Assembly: GCA_023920165.1 (NCBI GenBank)
Contig: CP089279.1
Span: 1 to 64,000 of the forward strand
Source of the DNA: Curvularia clavata
Lineage: Eukaryota
Direction of reading: 5' to 3'
Length of the DNA: 64,000 nt
Below, piece after piece: positions 50,264-63,699 of this stretch. The notes under the pieces are model-generated. The model was not told the origin of the DNA and made no database searches. It saw only the letters and a list, made by a program, of their open reading frames with translations. Numbering within the stretch: the first letter of the stretch is position 1; every line of letters starts with the position of its first letter. The position numbers and the translations under genes were made by a program.

Positions 50264-52408
50264 CCGGGCATGGTCAGTGCGTGAGCATGGTCAGACAATG
50301 AGCCACCCCACCAAAATGCGCGCCCACCAAAAAACGAAGCTTCTAAGCCCCATACAAAAGCTAATATTGTGAGATTTTTTGGTGGAGTAGTAAGATCATG
50401 ATATATTTGATGGCTGTCTACTTATATTTACTTGGAAGATTGATTTTGCGGCCGCGCGTGGTGGTTTTGGTAGAGGGCTCGGATGGCTGCGGTGCAGACG
50501 CACCACCACTCTGATCATCCGCAACACCACGACGCTTAGCTGTTTTTGATATTTGACTTGATGAAGCTTTTCTTTTGCCTTTATTCCCTCTATCTTGAAG
50601 TTTTTTTTGGTGTTGCAGCAACGCGTTCTTGTTGTTTTTGAGCCCGGGCAGCCGCGAGTTGCGCAGCCTTCGCCTCCCGCTCCTTTACTCGTGCCTCCCG
50701 TGCCAACTGTCGGGCTTCTTTTGCTTCTGCTGCAATCCTTTTTTTATAGGCAGTAGCAGCAGCTTTAATCTCTTTTTGCTCTTGTTTTTGGAGTTTTTCT
50801 GCCTTAGCTTCTTGTTGTTTTGCGTGTTCACGAGCCCGAGCTTCTTGTACTGAGTGAGGACTCCACACTACCGCCAAACTTTGATACTCTTGGTGCTGCT
50901 GAAGATCTAGAACTGGATTGTGCTTTTTCTTCTGTTTTTTGGCGTTTATTTTACTGCGTAACTCCTCATTTTTATGGTGGAGCAGCGCATTTCTGACCTG
51001 AAGTGAATGGAGTGCCTGTTTTAGCTCTTTGGCTTTAACTTTTGACTTATCTGGGATAGCAGCGTCGTATAACTTAGATAGCTGTCTCTAAGTTTCCCCG
51101 TCTTTATGCTCTCTAACTTCTGTATCTATATCTTGTTGTGGTGTTGAGATTTTGAAGCGTTGGAGTATAACTTCTGGATCGAGTGGATGAACTCCAGTAG
51201 CCGCAAAGCTGCTTGTAATATTCTTAAATGTGAAAGTCGACATATATGCCGCCCAAAATAAGCTTATAAAGTCACTTTTTTGCACGCGCAGTAACCCCTG
51301 ACAGCAGCGGAGGAAGTTGGATAGTTCATTCAAGTAAGCTGTCGACAGAGGAGAATATAATACCACGTCGAGTGGCTAAAGACTGTAAGTCGTATGGGGG
51401 GGAAAGATCGCAATCAGGATTCGATGGGAGTCGCAGTAATTGATAAAAGATGGAGTAACGTGGCTTCTATAGCCGTCGAGCAGAAGAAGTCTGTAGTCTC
51501 GTTTTGCTTTCCCCTTTATCTTCTGGTTAAACATCTGTTTAACCCAAGCCTTTTCTAGCTTATTATTACTCTAGCTAGACTTAGTTGTAGAGCAAAAAAT
51601 CTTGTATTTATCTACCTCTAAGTTCTGTATCTATTGCTCGCGAAGACTAATATTTCCTTCGAAGATAAATATAGAATTAATCTAGCTTCTATTAGCATAG
51701 ATATAAGCTAAAACTATTATCTACTCTCTACTACTATCTTGCAAGGCTGCTGTAACTTTTTTTTAGTCTTAAAGTTGTTTTGAAAACACTCTTTTAGATC
51801 TTTCTATAACCCTAAGAAGGAACCTCTTCTTATCTATATTATAAATATTGTGTGGCTCTACGTTATACTAAGCGATCTTAGCACGAAGAAATTTGAAATA
51901 CGATTAATAACTATTAATATTATCAGCTTAGTGACGCTTCTAATTAATCCCAGTTACAAATTTAGTAGTAAGATAATCGCGGTGTCGACGAAGAAATTGG
52001 GAAATCCAGCTGTCCGAAGGCTCCCATTCTGCAATGACTGATACGTAGTTTTTAATTATAGATCTAGTGGGTGGAAGAGCACGCTCAGTTAAGTCATATA
52101 TATATTTTATAAGCTCGGATTCTTATAGTAGACTGAGTAGTTGGCGTTGGTAGTTATGTCGCGTCGTCACGCGACTAAGTTTTGTTTTGGTGTCTCCGCG
52201 CCAACGTATTGCGGTCAACACTAAAGATTTTTGCAGCTTCACAATACGAGATTTGTCCTTCTGGGCCTTGCGAATCGATTGCTGCAATCGCTTTTGAAAT
52301 CGGATCCATGGTGGTGGAGTTATGTGGTGTTGAAGATAATGGATTACTATGCTACTTTTGGTGGGGTGGCTCATTGTCTGACCATGCTCACGCACTGACC
52401 ATGCCCGC
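50264..52408 (-). mobile_element. pogo/Fot1-type DNA transposon 2 (transposase 50418-52309), RIP-mutated
   Basis: About 50-bp TIRs CGGGCATGGTCAGTGCGTGAGCATGGTCAGACAATGAGCCACCCCACCAAAA; TA flanks; MDPISKAIAAI start, LLLLDG, PPHTTYSL*PLDV. Confidence 0.92.
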
Positions 52409-52410
52409 TA

Positions 52411-55400
52411 ACTAACAACACACCAACTTCGAGTTTTCTAGAACAGGTGTAATATTAGTCAAATATATACAAATAAACCCCAGGAAATCGATTACAACCA
52501 CTATTAAAACGTGCAGCCTACGCGCTGTAGAGCTAGAGGCCTTCAAAGTAGACACGTTTGGACACGTCTCACTTCTGACAGAACACACAGACCACGCCGA
52601 TTACTAAGCAAAATGCCGCCAGACAGCGATACTATCGACGTCGAGCTACCAAGGACAAGGCAGGAGATAGCAGAGCTAGAAGGACAGATCTAGAACGAGA
52701 TAGAAATGGAAGCTACGCAGCCTACTACCCCCGCTCAAAATCTAGAAACCTCTAATATATTTGAGATACCTATTCTACCACCAAATAAAAGATAAGCAAA
52801 TTTCTCACCAGAGAAGACTCGCACTCATAGACGCACTAGGAGTAACTTCTCTCCTTTTATAGGCTCGACGCTAAGGAATCCTTGCTCAAGCCAGAATAGG
52901 ACACCTAAGGCGACGACAATAGAAGAGGCTCTTGAGATAGCTAGGAAGCTAGTAATCCAAGCAGCTAATCTAGCTGAAAACAACCCTACCCAGCAGACTA
53001 GTCTACTAGATCTAGTAGAAGTCTTCAGAGACTATACTGAGACAGGTAGAGTTAGTAAGAAGAACTCAGCAATCCTAGGAGATCAGATCTCCTCTCTCTC
53101 AAATGTCTCAAAGGAGCTTAGAGACAAAGTTCGACGCCTTGATAAGCCTATTCCTGCACAACCAAACCAGCAGGGTATTAGCCAGGCAGCTGCTTCTGCG
53201 CAGCCTACCTCGTACGCTGCAGCTGCCACAAACGCAGTAAATAAGGAGCAACAGTGGACCACTATACAAAGAAGAACTCCCCAGAAAAAAGCTCAACCTA
53301 GTTTAAAAGAAAGGCAGCTAGTCCTAGTTAATCTAGGAGCCCCTACAGCCTTTGATGCCCTTGGGCTAAGAAACGCGTTTAACTAAGCCTTTACCTCTAA
53401 AGGAGGTGTACGATCGCCTGTAGTAGCGTCAGTCACGTTATCCTCAAAAGGCAACAAAATAGTCACTACCACGCCTGCCTTCACAGCTAAGTACCTACTA
53501 GAAAACTAGAGTATCTGGAAGGACCTAGTAGCCTTTAAGGCAGCGCAGCCTATTACATCGTGGTTCAAAGTAGTTCTCTATAAACTACCTACAAACCATA
53601 GCCTAGAAGCGATTAAAGAGGAGATTGAGACCTTCAACAAAGGCCTTAAAGTAGTAGGCACCCCTTTCTGGCTCACCCCTAAGTCTAAGAGGGGACAGCA
53701 GAGCTATGGCTCTGCCTGCGTCGCCTTTGCGACTGAAGACGAGGCTCTAAAAGCTATTAGAGGAAAGCTCTATATCCTAGAAGAGAGCCTTAGAGCAGAG
53801 AAGTTACGAGTTATTAATAACTCAAAGCAGTGCTCAAAATGCCAAGGATTCGGCCACCTAGAGGCTACGTGCGCGAGAGTAGCCTATTAGATATATTGTA
53901 AGGCTCACTATACCAGGCTACACAAATGTAAGTCCTGCCCTACTAAAGGCAAAGCCTGTATATATAATATTTTCAAGTGCGTTAACTATAGTAAATCTCA
54001 CGTGGCTAATAGCCACGAATATGATGTCCTACAAGCCAGGATATCTAGGACTACCTCTTCTAGCTAGAATATTAAAAGTCCTATAAATAAATATTAATAG
54101 AGATAGTCTAACTACTAAGAGCGCGTTAGATCTAGCTATTAAAGTAGACGCCAAGATCGTCGCAGTACAGAAGCCCTGGCTACCTAAAGGATCCTCGTAC
54201 GCAAACACTAGATCTACCGCTCACCAGGACTTTACTCAGATATTACCTACCCCTAAGGATACCTCCTTAAGGCCTAGGATACTATTCTATATTAGAAAAG
54301 ATCTAGAAGTAGAGGTTAATCCCTTTATTAGCGACGGTAACGACTTTCTAGCTATTAAAGTACTAGCCTCTACTTCTAGCCTCTATATCTATAACATTTA
54401 CAACGAGAAAAGCCTTCAAGAAGGGCTAAATAAGACGACAATCCAGAGGCGGCTCCTACAGGAGACTTCAACACCCACCATCCTAGGTGGAGCCTAGAGG
54501 AGACTAGCCCTAGCACGATAGCAGAGGATCTAGTAAAGTGGATAGACGCTCAAAATCTCACTCTACTAAACACTCCAGGGGCTGGCACCTTCTTTAGAGC
54601 TCATATGCGGAAAGAGAGCGTATTAGATCTTACTTTAGCAACCAACAATATAGCTACTAGTATCCAAGACTGGCAGACTATACCTAAAGTTAGATCTAAC
54701 TACGACGCTATTCTATTTAGTATCTATACAACTAGCCAGCCTCCTAGCCAGCTACCTAGCCTACTAAAACAGTATAATACTAAACGAACAGACTAGACAA
54801 TCTTTAAGGAGACGCTAAACAAGAAAATCAAAACGCTAGATCTAGAGGAGCGACTATCAGCACTACCTCCCTACTCAAACTACACCTCAAGAAAGCTTAT
54901 TCTAGAACAAAACATCCCGCTAGAAACTAAGCTAGACAAGCTAGAAGAAAATCTCACAAAGGCTATACAGAACACATTAGAAAAGTCAACTCCGCTAGTC
55001 AGCCAAAAGCCTAAGCCAAAGGCTTGGTGGACGAGCGAGCTAGATAGCCATAGGCGAGACCTAAGTAGGGCCTACAGAGCCTATAAGAAGGAGACAGAAA
55101 AGGAAAATAATAGCTCCCTCTACCAATAGAAAAGAGAGTGCCTATATACAAAAAATAGATACTTAAAAGCTATTCGACGAGCTATGCAAAACCATTAGAA
55201 GACCTTCCTTCAAAAAGACTCGCCAAAAGAGATCTTTAAAGCACTAGCATACACTAAAGATAACCTTAGTACTTAAATATCTACTATTAAAGGTAAGGAG
55301 TCGTTTACTAAGAAATACAAGGCTTTTAGAGAGAATCTCTTCCCTCCACCTTCTACAATAGCCACCCCCTTCTTCTACACCTATAGAAGAGATAGCAGAT

Positions 55401-58089
55401 AGACCTAGCCTACTCTAATAGAGGACAAACTCCACTTTGCCTACTATAAGGTGAAGGCTACCTCACCAGAGCCTAATCTAATCAGCCAGGAGGTAATCTA
55501 AAAGGCCTACTTAGCGCAGCCAAAAGCTATATTCAAGATATACTCTACTCTCTTTAACCTAGACTACTACCTAAAGTACTAAAGAAAAGCAAAAGGAGTT
55601 ATCTTAAAAAAAATAAGCAAGCCTAACTACTTAATCCCTAAGGCTTATAGAGTAATCTCACTTCTAAACTATCTAAGCAAAGTACTAGAAAGACTAGTAG
55701 CTAAAAGACTAAGCGCACTAGCAGAAATAATAGATCTACTCCACCCCTCTTAACTAGAAGGAAGACTAAAAAAATCCGCTATCGACGCTACGCTACTCTT
55801 CTATAATAACATACAGCAGTAGAAAAGAAAGTAGAAGACTACTACTACTATCTTTCTTAATATTAAAAGAGCCTTTAATTACGTCTTAAAAAACAAGCTA
55901 CTAGAAGTTATAAAAGATTAAGGTCTACCCTACTATCTACTAGCCTAGACAAAGTCCTTTTTTAAAGATAGAGTCCTACAATTATCCTTTAACAGACAGA
56001 CTAAGGAGCCGCAGGCGATCTCGACAGGTACCCCTCAAAGAAGCCCAGCCTCGCCTATTCTATTCCTAATCTACTCAAAACCGCTATTTAAATTAATTCA
56101 GAATAGCCAGAGCACCTACTCCTCCTCCTATATAGACAATCTCTAGATCTCAATATCGTCTACGTCAGTAAGGAAAAATATTAAGCTACTAGAAAAGGAG
56201 ATTTAAAATCTTTTTAGACTAGTAGAGAAGTCAGCTATCTGATTCGACAGCTCAAAGACTAAACTAGTAAACTAGACAAGATCAAGAAAAGATTAAAGTA
56301 GAGTGCTTACTCTATCTAATCAAGAAATAGTAAAGTCTAAAGAGCTCATAAGATAGCTAGACGTCTACTTTAACAGCAGCCTAAAGTTCAAACACCACAG
56401 CCTCATCAGAAGCTAGCAGGCTAGTACAGCCTTCTACCGCCTTAGTAGACTAGCAAACTCAAATAAAGGCCTCTCGCCTAGAGCAGTACGACAGCTCTAT
56501 CTAGCCTACGTCACAAGCGTTACAGACTACAGCTGCCAAATCTTCTAGAAAGAGCAGCAGACAACACTCAGTCAGAGAGAGAAGCTGCAAAACCAAGCGC
56601 GTAGAAAGATCCTAGAATCCTTCAGAACCTCGCCTAGCGCACCTAGCGAGGTAGAAGCAGCTCTATATCCTCCTAGAGTTAGACTTAACAACGCCCTACA
56701 ATAATACGCCTTTAGAGCAAGAAAGCTAGCTCCTAGCCATCCTCTTAATATTACTATTACTAGCAGTTAGAGAAAGCAGCTAGAGCGTATTACTAGATCT
56801 ATCTCAACAGCTCTATTAGACAACAGTAAAAAGATCCAACCCTACGCCTCTATGCCCTAGAGCTCTACAATACCCTACAAGATCAATATATCTAAGAAGT
56901 CAAAGGAAATCGAAGCAAAGCACCATAAAGAGCTTCTAGAAGACGAATATCTCCTCTCTATCTACTCAGACACCTCAGCTACAAAGAAAGACAAAAGTAT
57001 AAGAGTAGGAGTAGCTTTCTACAAAGGAGCTAGTCTCATAGCTCATAAGAAGATTAACATAGGATACAAACAGCTAGTCTACAACAGAGAACTAGAGGGT
57101 ATTAACCTAGGCCTAGAGAAGGCTATTAACCTAGCAGACGACTATCTAGAAGTCAGAGTATATGCAGACAACCAGGCTACAATAATTAGACTAAAGAATA
57201 CTTCTAATAACCCAGGACAAGAGTAGCAACTTAGATATATCGAGGCAGCTAAGAAGCTTCAAAGGAAGGGCCTAACACCCGCGATCCATTAGGTAACCGG
57301 CCATCAGGACGTTATAGGAAACGAGAAAGCAGACACGCTAGCAAAGGAGGCGACAAAGCTAGATCCTAGCTCTAGCAGGACAAGCCTAGCTGTAATAGAC
57401 ACACGAATAAAGCAGCTAGGCGAGCGCGAGTAGCTAAGATATCTAGGACAATATAGGATAAAAGCTATCGCTCTAAATCCTACTACTAACGCCGTAAGGT
57501 ATAAGTAGAAGACTAGAAAGCAGATTACTACTCCTCCTACTAGCAGAGAAGCCTCTAGTGCTTTCTTCCAGCTTAAGCTAGAACACTACTATCTAAGAGA
57601 ATTTCTCTTCAAGCAAGAAAAAGTAGACTCTAAAGTTTATCCTTACAACTATAGAGCAACTCAAAACACCACATATATCCTCATTAGCTATACGCTATAT
57701 AAGAAGGCTAAGACAAAAATACAGAAGGCTAGCAAAAATCCTCTATCGCTAGCGTTCCTACTAGATACTATAGTAGGCATACAGACTACTATTACCTTTA
57801 TTAAGGAAACTGGAGTTACAACACAGGCCTAGTACAGAGAAAACCTCAATAACTAGAGCAACACCTACACTAGGTGCCCTTACCCTACACCTACCCCACC
57901 TCTCACTTCTATCCGCAAGACCCCCTTCTACCTCCCTCTACACTAGGCTACGAGCCCCACCTCAATTTAAATAAGCCCCCTCCCCCATATACACCAAATT
58001 AATAGCATTACGTAGATACTTATAGGCCTAGCCTGCACGTCTTATATAGCCCACCGGCTGACACAGGACGTTAAACTAAAATAATAATA
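52411..58089 (+). mobile_element. Non-LTR retrotransposon (Tad1/I-like LINE), full-length, RIP-inactivated
   Basis: ORF1 from 52613 with CSKCQGFGHLEATC; ORF2 with endonuclease (SVLDLTLAT), RT (AYRVISLLN, GTPQRSPASPILF, YIDN), RNase H (YADNQA, GNEKADTLAK); (TAA)n tail. 5' end approximate. Confidence 0.92.
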
Positions 58090-58560
58090 TGTAAGCAGTT
58101 GTGGGTGTAGAAAGTATTGTCCATCCTGTTGAGTACAATGATAAGAGCAAGTTTAAATACAGCGTCATTAGTCAGTGAGTAAGCACGTGACTATACATGG
58201 TACTTCTGGGCTTACATGATAATAATAATAAAGGGCTGCGCCCGTGATCTCTACTAGGAAGATCACGTGGTCATAGACCACGTGATATACCTTCCGTATG
58301 GACACGTGATTAGAAGCGAGCAAGTATAAGAGAAGTCCGCACTTAGTTATCTTCTCTTTTTTTCATCTTTTAGCTTCTGTACGATAGGTAGAAGCATACT
58401 CGTTCGCTAGGCCTCTCCGCCTATAACAACTATAGAGTTTAAGTGTCTTAAACAGATTTGCGAGCGATTAAGCATTCAGGTCCTCACTAGTCATTTCTTT
58501 CATCTCATCGTTAGAAGGACATTAACACACTATTGAATGGAAACTCGCAATAGTTTAACA
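58090..58560 (+). mobile_element. Possible solo LTR
   Basis: TGTAAG..TTAACA termini, repeated CACGTG, TATAAG followed by a pyrimidine tract; no TSD seen because the left flank is the LINE tail. Confidence 0.5.
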
Positions 58561-58613
58561 AACGAATTTTAGTTATACGATAGATTGATATTCTTCTTAT
58601 AACTAGTTAACTA

Positions 58614-60281
58614 TTAAGTTAATCTTCCAATTATAGCTGGGCGCGAAGCCTCAGCAGCTCCAAATTCCCTATTAACTACCTTTTTCTTCGCCTCGCTCTT
58701 GATCCTCAATATAACTGGCATATGTTTTTCTAGATTCCCTAGTATTTCATCTAGGTAGTCACTTGGGTCTAATGGCATCTTTGCTTACGGAGATAGCAGA
58801 ATCTCAAATGCCCACACCAGCCGCATAATCGCAATAGCTAACGAGCGCTCTGCAACGTAATAGCCTAGACAGATATAACGGCCAGCTCCAAAAGTAAAAT
58901 AATCCCGCTTCTTTACATCTAACATATTCTTGCTCTCTTCACTAGTTATTAGATCACCTTCGTAGCGCTCAGGTCGGAACTGCTCCAGATCAAGATAGCG
59001 GGACGGATCGTGCCCAACAGCCTAGGCGTTAAGATAGAGACGGGCGCCTTTTAGGATGCGATATCTACTATATAAAAGCTCTTTTATCATTATATAAGGA
59101 TAACCTAATGCCACTAGTAGTCGCCAGCGCTAAACTTCTTTTATAAGGTATCGAACATATAGGATTCTGTCCAGGTCCTCGTATACAGGTAGATAATCCT
59201 TAACACCAACTATAGCTTCTATATGCTTCCTTGCAGTCTCTTAGACTTTAAGAAATCGCATTATTGCTTTAAGAAATAACTATGTCGACATCTTGCTAGT
59301 GTCTGCTGCACCTATAATAAGCATCAAGGCTAGATATGCAGCTTTAGTAGTATCTTTAAATCCCATCTTCTTTTCATCCTAAAGAACTCTCACAAGGAAG
59401 GAATTATTAGCTATATTATTATAGCAAGTAGCTTATACCCGCCGCATCCGTTCTAGGCACTATTTGAGGTTATCTTGAAATAGAGCCCGCACTCTCCTCT
59501 CCTATGGCTTCAAGAAAAGTGGAAGATAGTTTAAGAAAGGCAGTATGTCAACTAGATAGAGTCTGGGTAGCGTTCTAATTATCTGCTCTAGTCTACTTTT
59601 AAAGATATAGTGAATGGTAGAATTATCTGCATCTAGGATGTCCATACTAAATGTCTAACTGGCAAAGGCACTATATATATACCTTCTAATAGCATTGAAT
59701 AAACCTGCGCTTAAAGCTGCTAAAGTAGGATCGTTTGCCACCTCGTACAGGAACTTTGCCGTTTCGAAGTGTAAATATAGAAGCCCAGCTTTAGCACGCG
59801 AAACGCTTGTTATGCCCTAAAGTATAACCTTTCTTTAGAGTCTCTATTATAGATAACTTGCAGACAGTAATAAAACATTCTTTTTATCGTATATCTACTC
59901 ATTACTGACGATCTATCATAGGCGTTCTAAGGTAGCAGAAGATTACTTATCAAAAAGCTCCTTAATAGCAGAGTCGCTGTTAATGAAGTACTATGTGAAG
60001 GGGCCCGCCCCCACACAGACTATTTCGCCATATTCGCGCGCCCAGTTTGTGAAAAATAAGTGCTATTAGTTAACTTTGGTTGCACTAAGAATATCGCGCA
60101 GATTGCCGAGAAAGGGTAGACCTAGAGGTTGAGGAGGTAAGAGTATCTTGTTCTTGGATTGAATCCATTTCTGAAGCTTGGAGACTAAGAAGACGAGGAC
60201 TGCAATGCTTACAAGCCTCTGAAGCCAGTTGAGGATAGACATGATAGCGGATGTCGCAGATTGGAAAGTGAAGGTTGACAT
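58614..60281 (-). pseudogene. Cytochrome P450, intronless, RIP stops
   Basis: N-terminal membrane anchor plus PPQPLGLPFLGN; KEV*R, FRPERY, FTFGAGRYICLG heme motif, all in one frame. Confidence 0.92.
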
Positions 60282-61000
60282 AGCCAAGTCCTAGTTGATG
60301 TTTCCCTCTTCCTCTCAAGCCGCGAGTTCCGGTAGATATATGTCCATTACACTCGTGTCAGGATAGCAGACCGCAAGCAGATTAGATCGGCTCTTTGATC
60401 ATGGTCGGGGTACCTACTCTATATGTACAAAGCAAAAACCGGGAATTCTGCTGCATTTCGGGAATTCCGAGTGTTGGAGCATTAAGTTGCGGCAGTGCCG
60501 GAATATGCTAATGACTTAGCAGTCATTTAGAATAACCGATGGGTCTTACCTTTGTAATGCTTTAGGGAATTTCGACTGTCGATCAGCTGCTGCTACGGCT
60601 GTTACAGAGCTCACTGGTACGCAGCCCCGGTCCTACGTGCGTCCGCTCTGGTTTAGAAGGCGCTTTGATAGTTTTACATGAGATTATAATCAGAAGACCA
60701 GTTGTCTTGGTTAGCGACGACTGACTGAGCAATGGCCGAACTTTAATTCTGCCTTTAGGGGCGTTAAAGCTGTCAAAACACCAAATAGCAGAAAGCTGAT
60801 TACTCGTAACTTTTTGGTTGCAGTGGCCCAGTGGCACAGGGCTGAGCCTCTGACACACACCTATATCGACGGCAATATAGATAAAGCCTAAGACCGTCAC
60901 GACGTAGAATGCGCAGTAGATAACAGCCTAAGCACCTACACACTAACGGCAGCGGTATCGAGGGCGAGATTGGCTCCACTGCGGTATGCCCACTTATATA

Positions 61001-61550
61001 CAGCCACGCGTCGAAAGTTTCGTCTCGCTAGCTCCCCCACCCCACCACCAATAACAATCAATATCTTGAATGCCCACCACCAATCCTACAGCGCGTCAAT
61101 TTGGCCGTGAGGTATCCCAAAATGTTCGCGGTGGCACAAATATGACGATACATGAGCGAAATATTGCGATAGGGATGTTGGTTGGTGGTTGCAGGACAGC
61201 TGAAGTTGCTGCTGCCTTTTACTATAATCCCTCTACCATCCGCCACCTCTACTAAAAGTACTCCACCACCGCAATAACTGCAGATAAACCTCGTAGCGGC
61301 CGTCCCACGATACTATCAAGATATTAGAAGAAGATAATCTATCGTGCAGCACGTTGAGCGCCTAAAATAGAGTACAAAGACCTTATTAAAGCTACAACTG
61401 TAGTGTAACCTAATAGAACACCTTCACGCCTATCTAGCAAGTCTATGCTTTGTCGTATGCTTCGCAGGCTCAATATAGTTAAATATCGCTGCAAAAAGCG
61501 CCCAAAGTTAATTCCACAACATGCTCGCAAGCGCCTACAGTTTGCTAGGC
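61001..61550 (+). mobile_element. Tc1/mariner-type transposon 5' fragment
   Basis: TA|CAG start; ORF from 61070 with HTH-like region, PRSGRP and KKRPKL..HARKRLQFAR; truncated before the DDE domain. Confidence 0.75.
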
Positions 61551-62709
61551 TGCCCCAACCCGGGCGTGGGCCTCGGCTGTCACGTGATCTCAAGTCACGT
61601 GATGTTCAACCCGACTGGGTTAGGCTAGCCGAGCGCCCACGAACACCATATTGGTGTTGGGCCCTCGTAGATAGCTCGATAGCTTAGATCTTGTTAAATG
61701 AGATTCTGTTCAGACCCCATCCCTCACAACACGTTATTAGTTTATATAGGCAGCCGGCGTTAAGGTCTTAAGGAATTGGGATGTTAGGGTTTCCTTCCTT
61801 ATTTTCTGCTTGATCCCAATTTCCTAGGTTCGTAACATCTAGCCAGGGTTTAGGATATATCTAAACTATGTCCAGGGCATATCTAACTTCAGTCTGGGTA
61901 TTATCCGAATCTGGTCAGAACCTTGTCCGACTCAGGTCCTTAGACTGAGAGAGTTGGCCCTCACTTCTAGGCGCCTGGAATGGCTCTTGGCATTGGCAAG
62001 TGAGTCGAGCCGTCACAGACCTAGTTCGGCAGAACTAGGCTCTGTGGGGCGAGTACTCCGTACTTTTAGATTGCATCAATCAAGCTCTATAATTGGTACT
62101 GGGAGCTTTATCCAACTCTCGGAAGTTCCGTAACACTACTAGGATAGGATTCTTACTAGAGGAAGTTCCATACGGAGTTCCCGGTCTTGCAGATTCAATG
62201 AAAGTGTTCGTTTCGATGATGTATTGTTTGGTTCGTGCATGCACATATTGCACGCCTATGCAAAACACTACCTTTCTATTTTACTACTATTGCTCTAAGC
62301 TAGAAGTTGAAAGAATACCCTTGTACAGAGTAAGTTAAATGGCAAGTTTTTTTTCCTAATCTTACCTAGTGAGTTATGGGGTAGTTAACCTCGGTGTTCT
62401 GGATAGACTCGGGGCGATGGCATGGGCCGAGTGATTACTGAACAACACGATCTGCTTCGTAATGTGGGGGAAAAGGCCCGTTTACAATTTGTCATTGCGG
62501 AAATTCCGTGAGAATCACAAGGATCAACGCCAATATTCGTAGTCTGTGAATACATGGTATGTATTCGAGACATAAATGGAATAACTAAATATAAAGTCAT
62601 ATTTTTGAACTGGCCATAATGCGACGTGATTTAATCTTGTTTTTGGTAAATACAACAAATCTTTTTCAAGCTCTTAGCGACAAAAGCTGAAAGTGCCTTA
62701 CTTCACACC

Positions 62710-63699
62710 ATGCACGTCCTTGGAATTAGTGCGGGCACTCTCAATGGCAATTCTGAAATGCTTCTCAAAGCGGCACTAAAGGCTGTTGAAAAGGAACTTG
62801 CTGGTGTGACCACATCGATGGCACGTATACGATACATGCAATGTCCTAGAAACGGCAAGCCAATGGAAAAATCCCTGGTACCAATGATCACGACGTTCAT
62901 TCCTGGAGCCCCAGGTTCAGACGACCCTGACGACAGACCGAAGCTCTACGAGGCTATCATGAACGCCGATGCGATTATAGTATCGTCGCCGGTGTATTCT
63001 CATCTACCCCCAGGTCATATCAAATCTTTCATCGACGACACCCTTGGACCAGGAGCGGATCTCGCCTTGGCTTCGGCTTCTGAAGAAGATGGAAAGCGAC
63101 TGGGGCGTGTTCCTGCGGCATCAATAGATCCACGCTTGTTCAAACCGCGCGTTTCTGCATTCATTGTAGTGGCCGGGAGTCCATCGGAGATGCCCGAACA
63201 ATGGACATTGGGTCTTATGGCACTAAATCAGAGTCTGTACTCAATTCAAGCAACGACTGTAGATCAGATCTGCATACCTGGAAACGGGCCTCATGGGTCC
63301 GTTTTTCAACATGAAGAGAGTACGATAGGACGAGCCCAGCTCTTGGGGCGGAGGGTGTCAAGTCAGCTCGCGAAATCCATTGACGAGGTCCAGTTCCTCG
63401 GCTCGAGTGAGGAAGGCAGTTGCCCTTACTGCCATCTTCTAAGTATAAGTTTTACGAGAGGTATTTTTTGCAAGGATATTATGTGCACTACCTGTGGAGC
63501 TCGCGGGCAATTGCACCCGAGATCAAGCGGTGGTTTTGAGCTGAAATGGGAACAAAATTCCTTAGTGAGCCATTTGACGCTGGCTGGCAAGCGAAAACAT
63601 ATCAACGACTTGATGGAGCAAGGAGGGAAATATAATCCCACACAGAGTGCAATGGACAGTTATAAGTATTGGAAAAAGATGGAAGTCACGATTGTTTAA
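62710..63699 (+). CDS. Flavodoxin-fold NAD(P)H-dependent FMN reductase-like protein with C-terminal CxxC pair (329 aa, intronless, intact)
   Basis: LGISAGTLNGNSEMLLK, ADAIIVSSPVY..PPGHIKSFID, CPYCH..CTTCG. Confidence 0.85.
   Translation: MHVLGISAGTLNGNSEMLLKAALKAVEKELAGVTTSMARIRYMQCPRNGKPMEKSLVPMITTFIPGAPGSDDPDDRPKLYEAIMNADAIIVSSPVYSHLPPGHIKSFIDDTLGPGADLALASASEEDGKRLGRVPAASIDPRLFKPRVSAFIVVAGSPSEMPEQWTLGLMALNQSLYSIQATTVDQICIPGNGPHGSVFQHEESTIGRAQLLGRRVSSQLAKSIDEVQFLGSSEEGSCPYCHLLSISFTRGIFCKDIMCTTCGARGQLHPRSSGGFELKWEQNSLVSHLTLAGKRKHINDLMEQGGKYNPTQSAMDSYKYWKKMEVTIV

Noticed and set aside
61551..62040. Possible LTR truncating the Tc1 fragment
   Set aside because: Could not fix both termini and a TSD.
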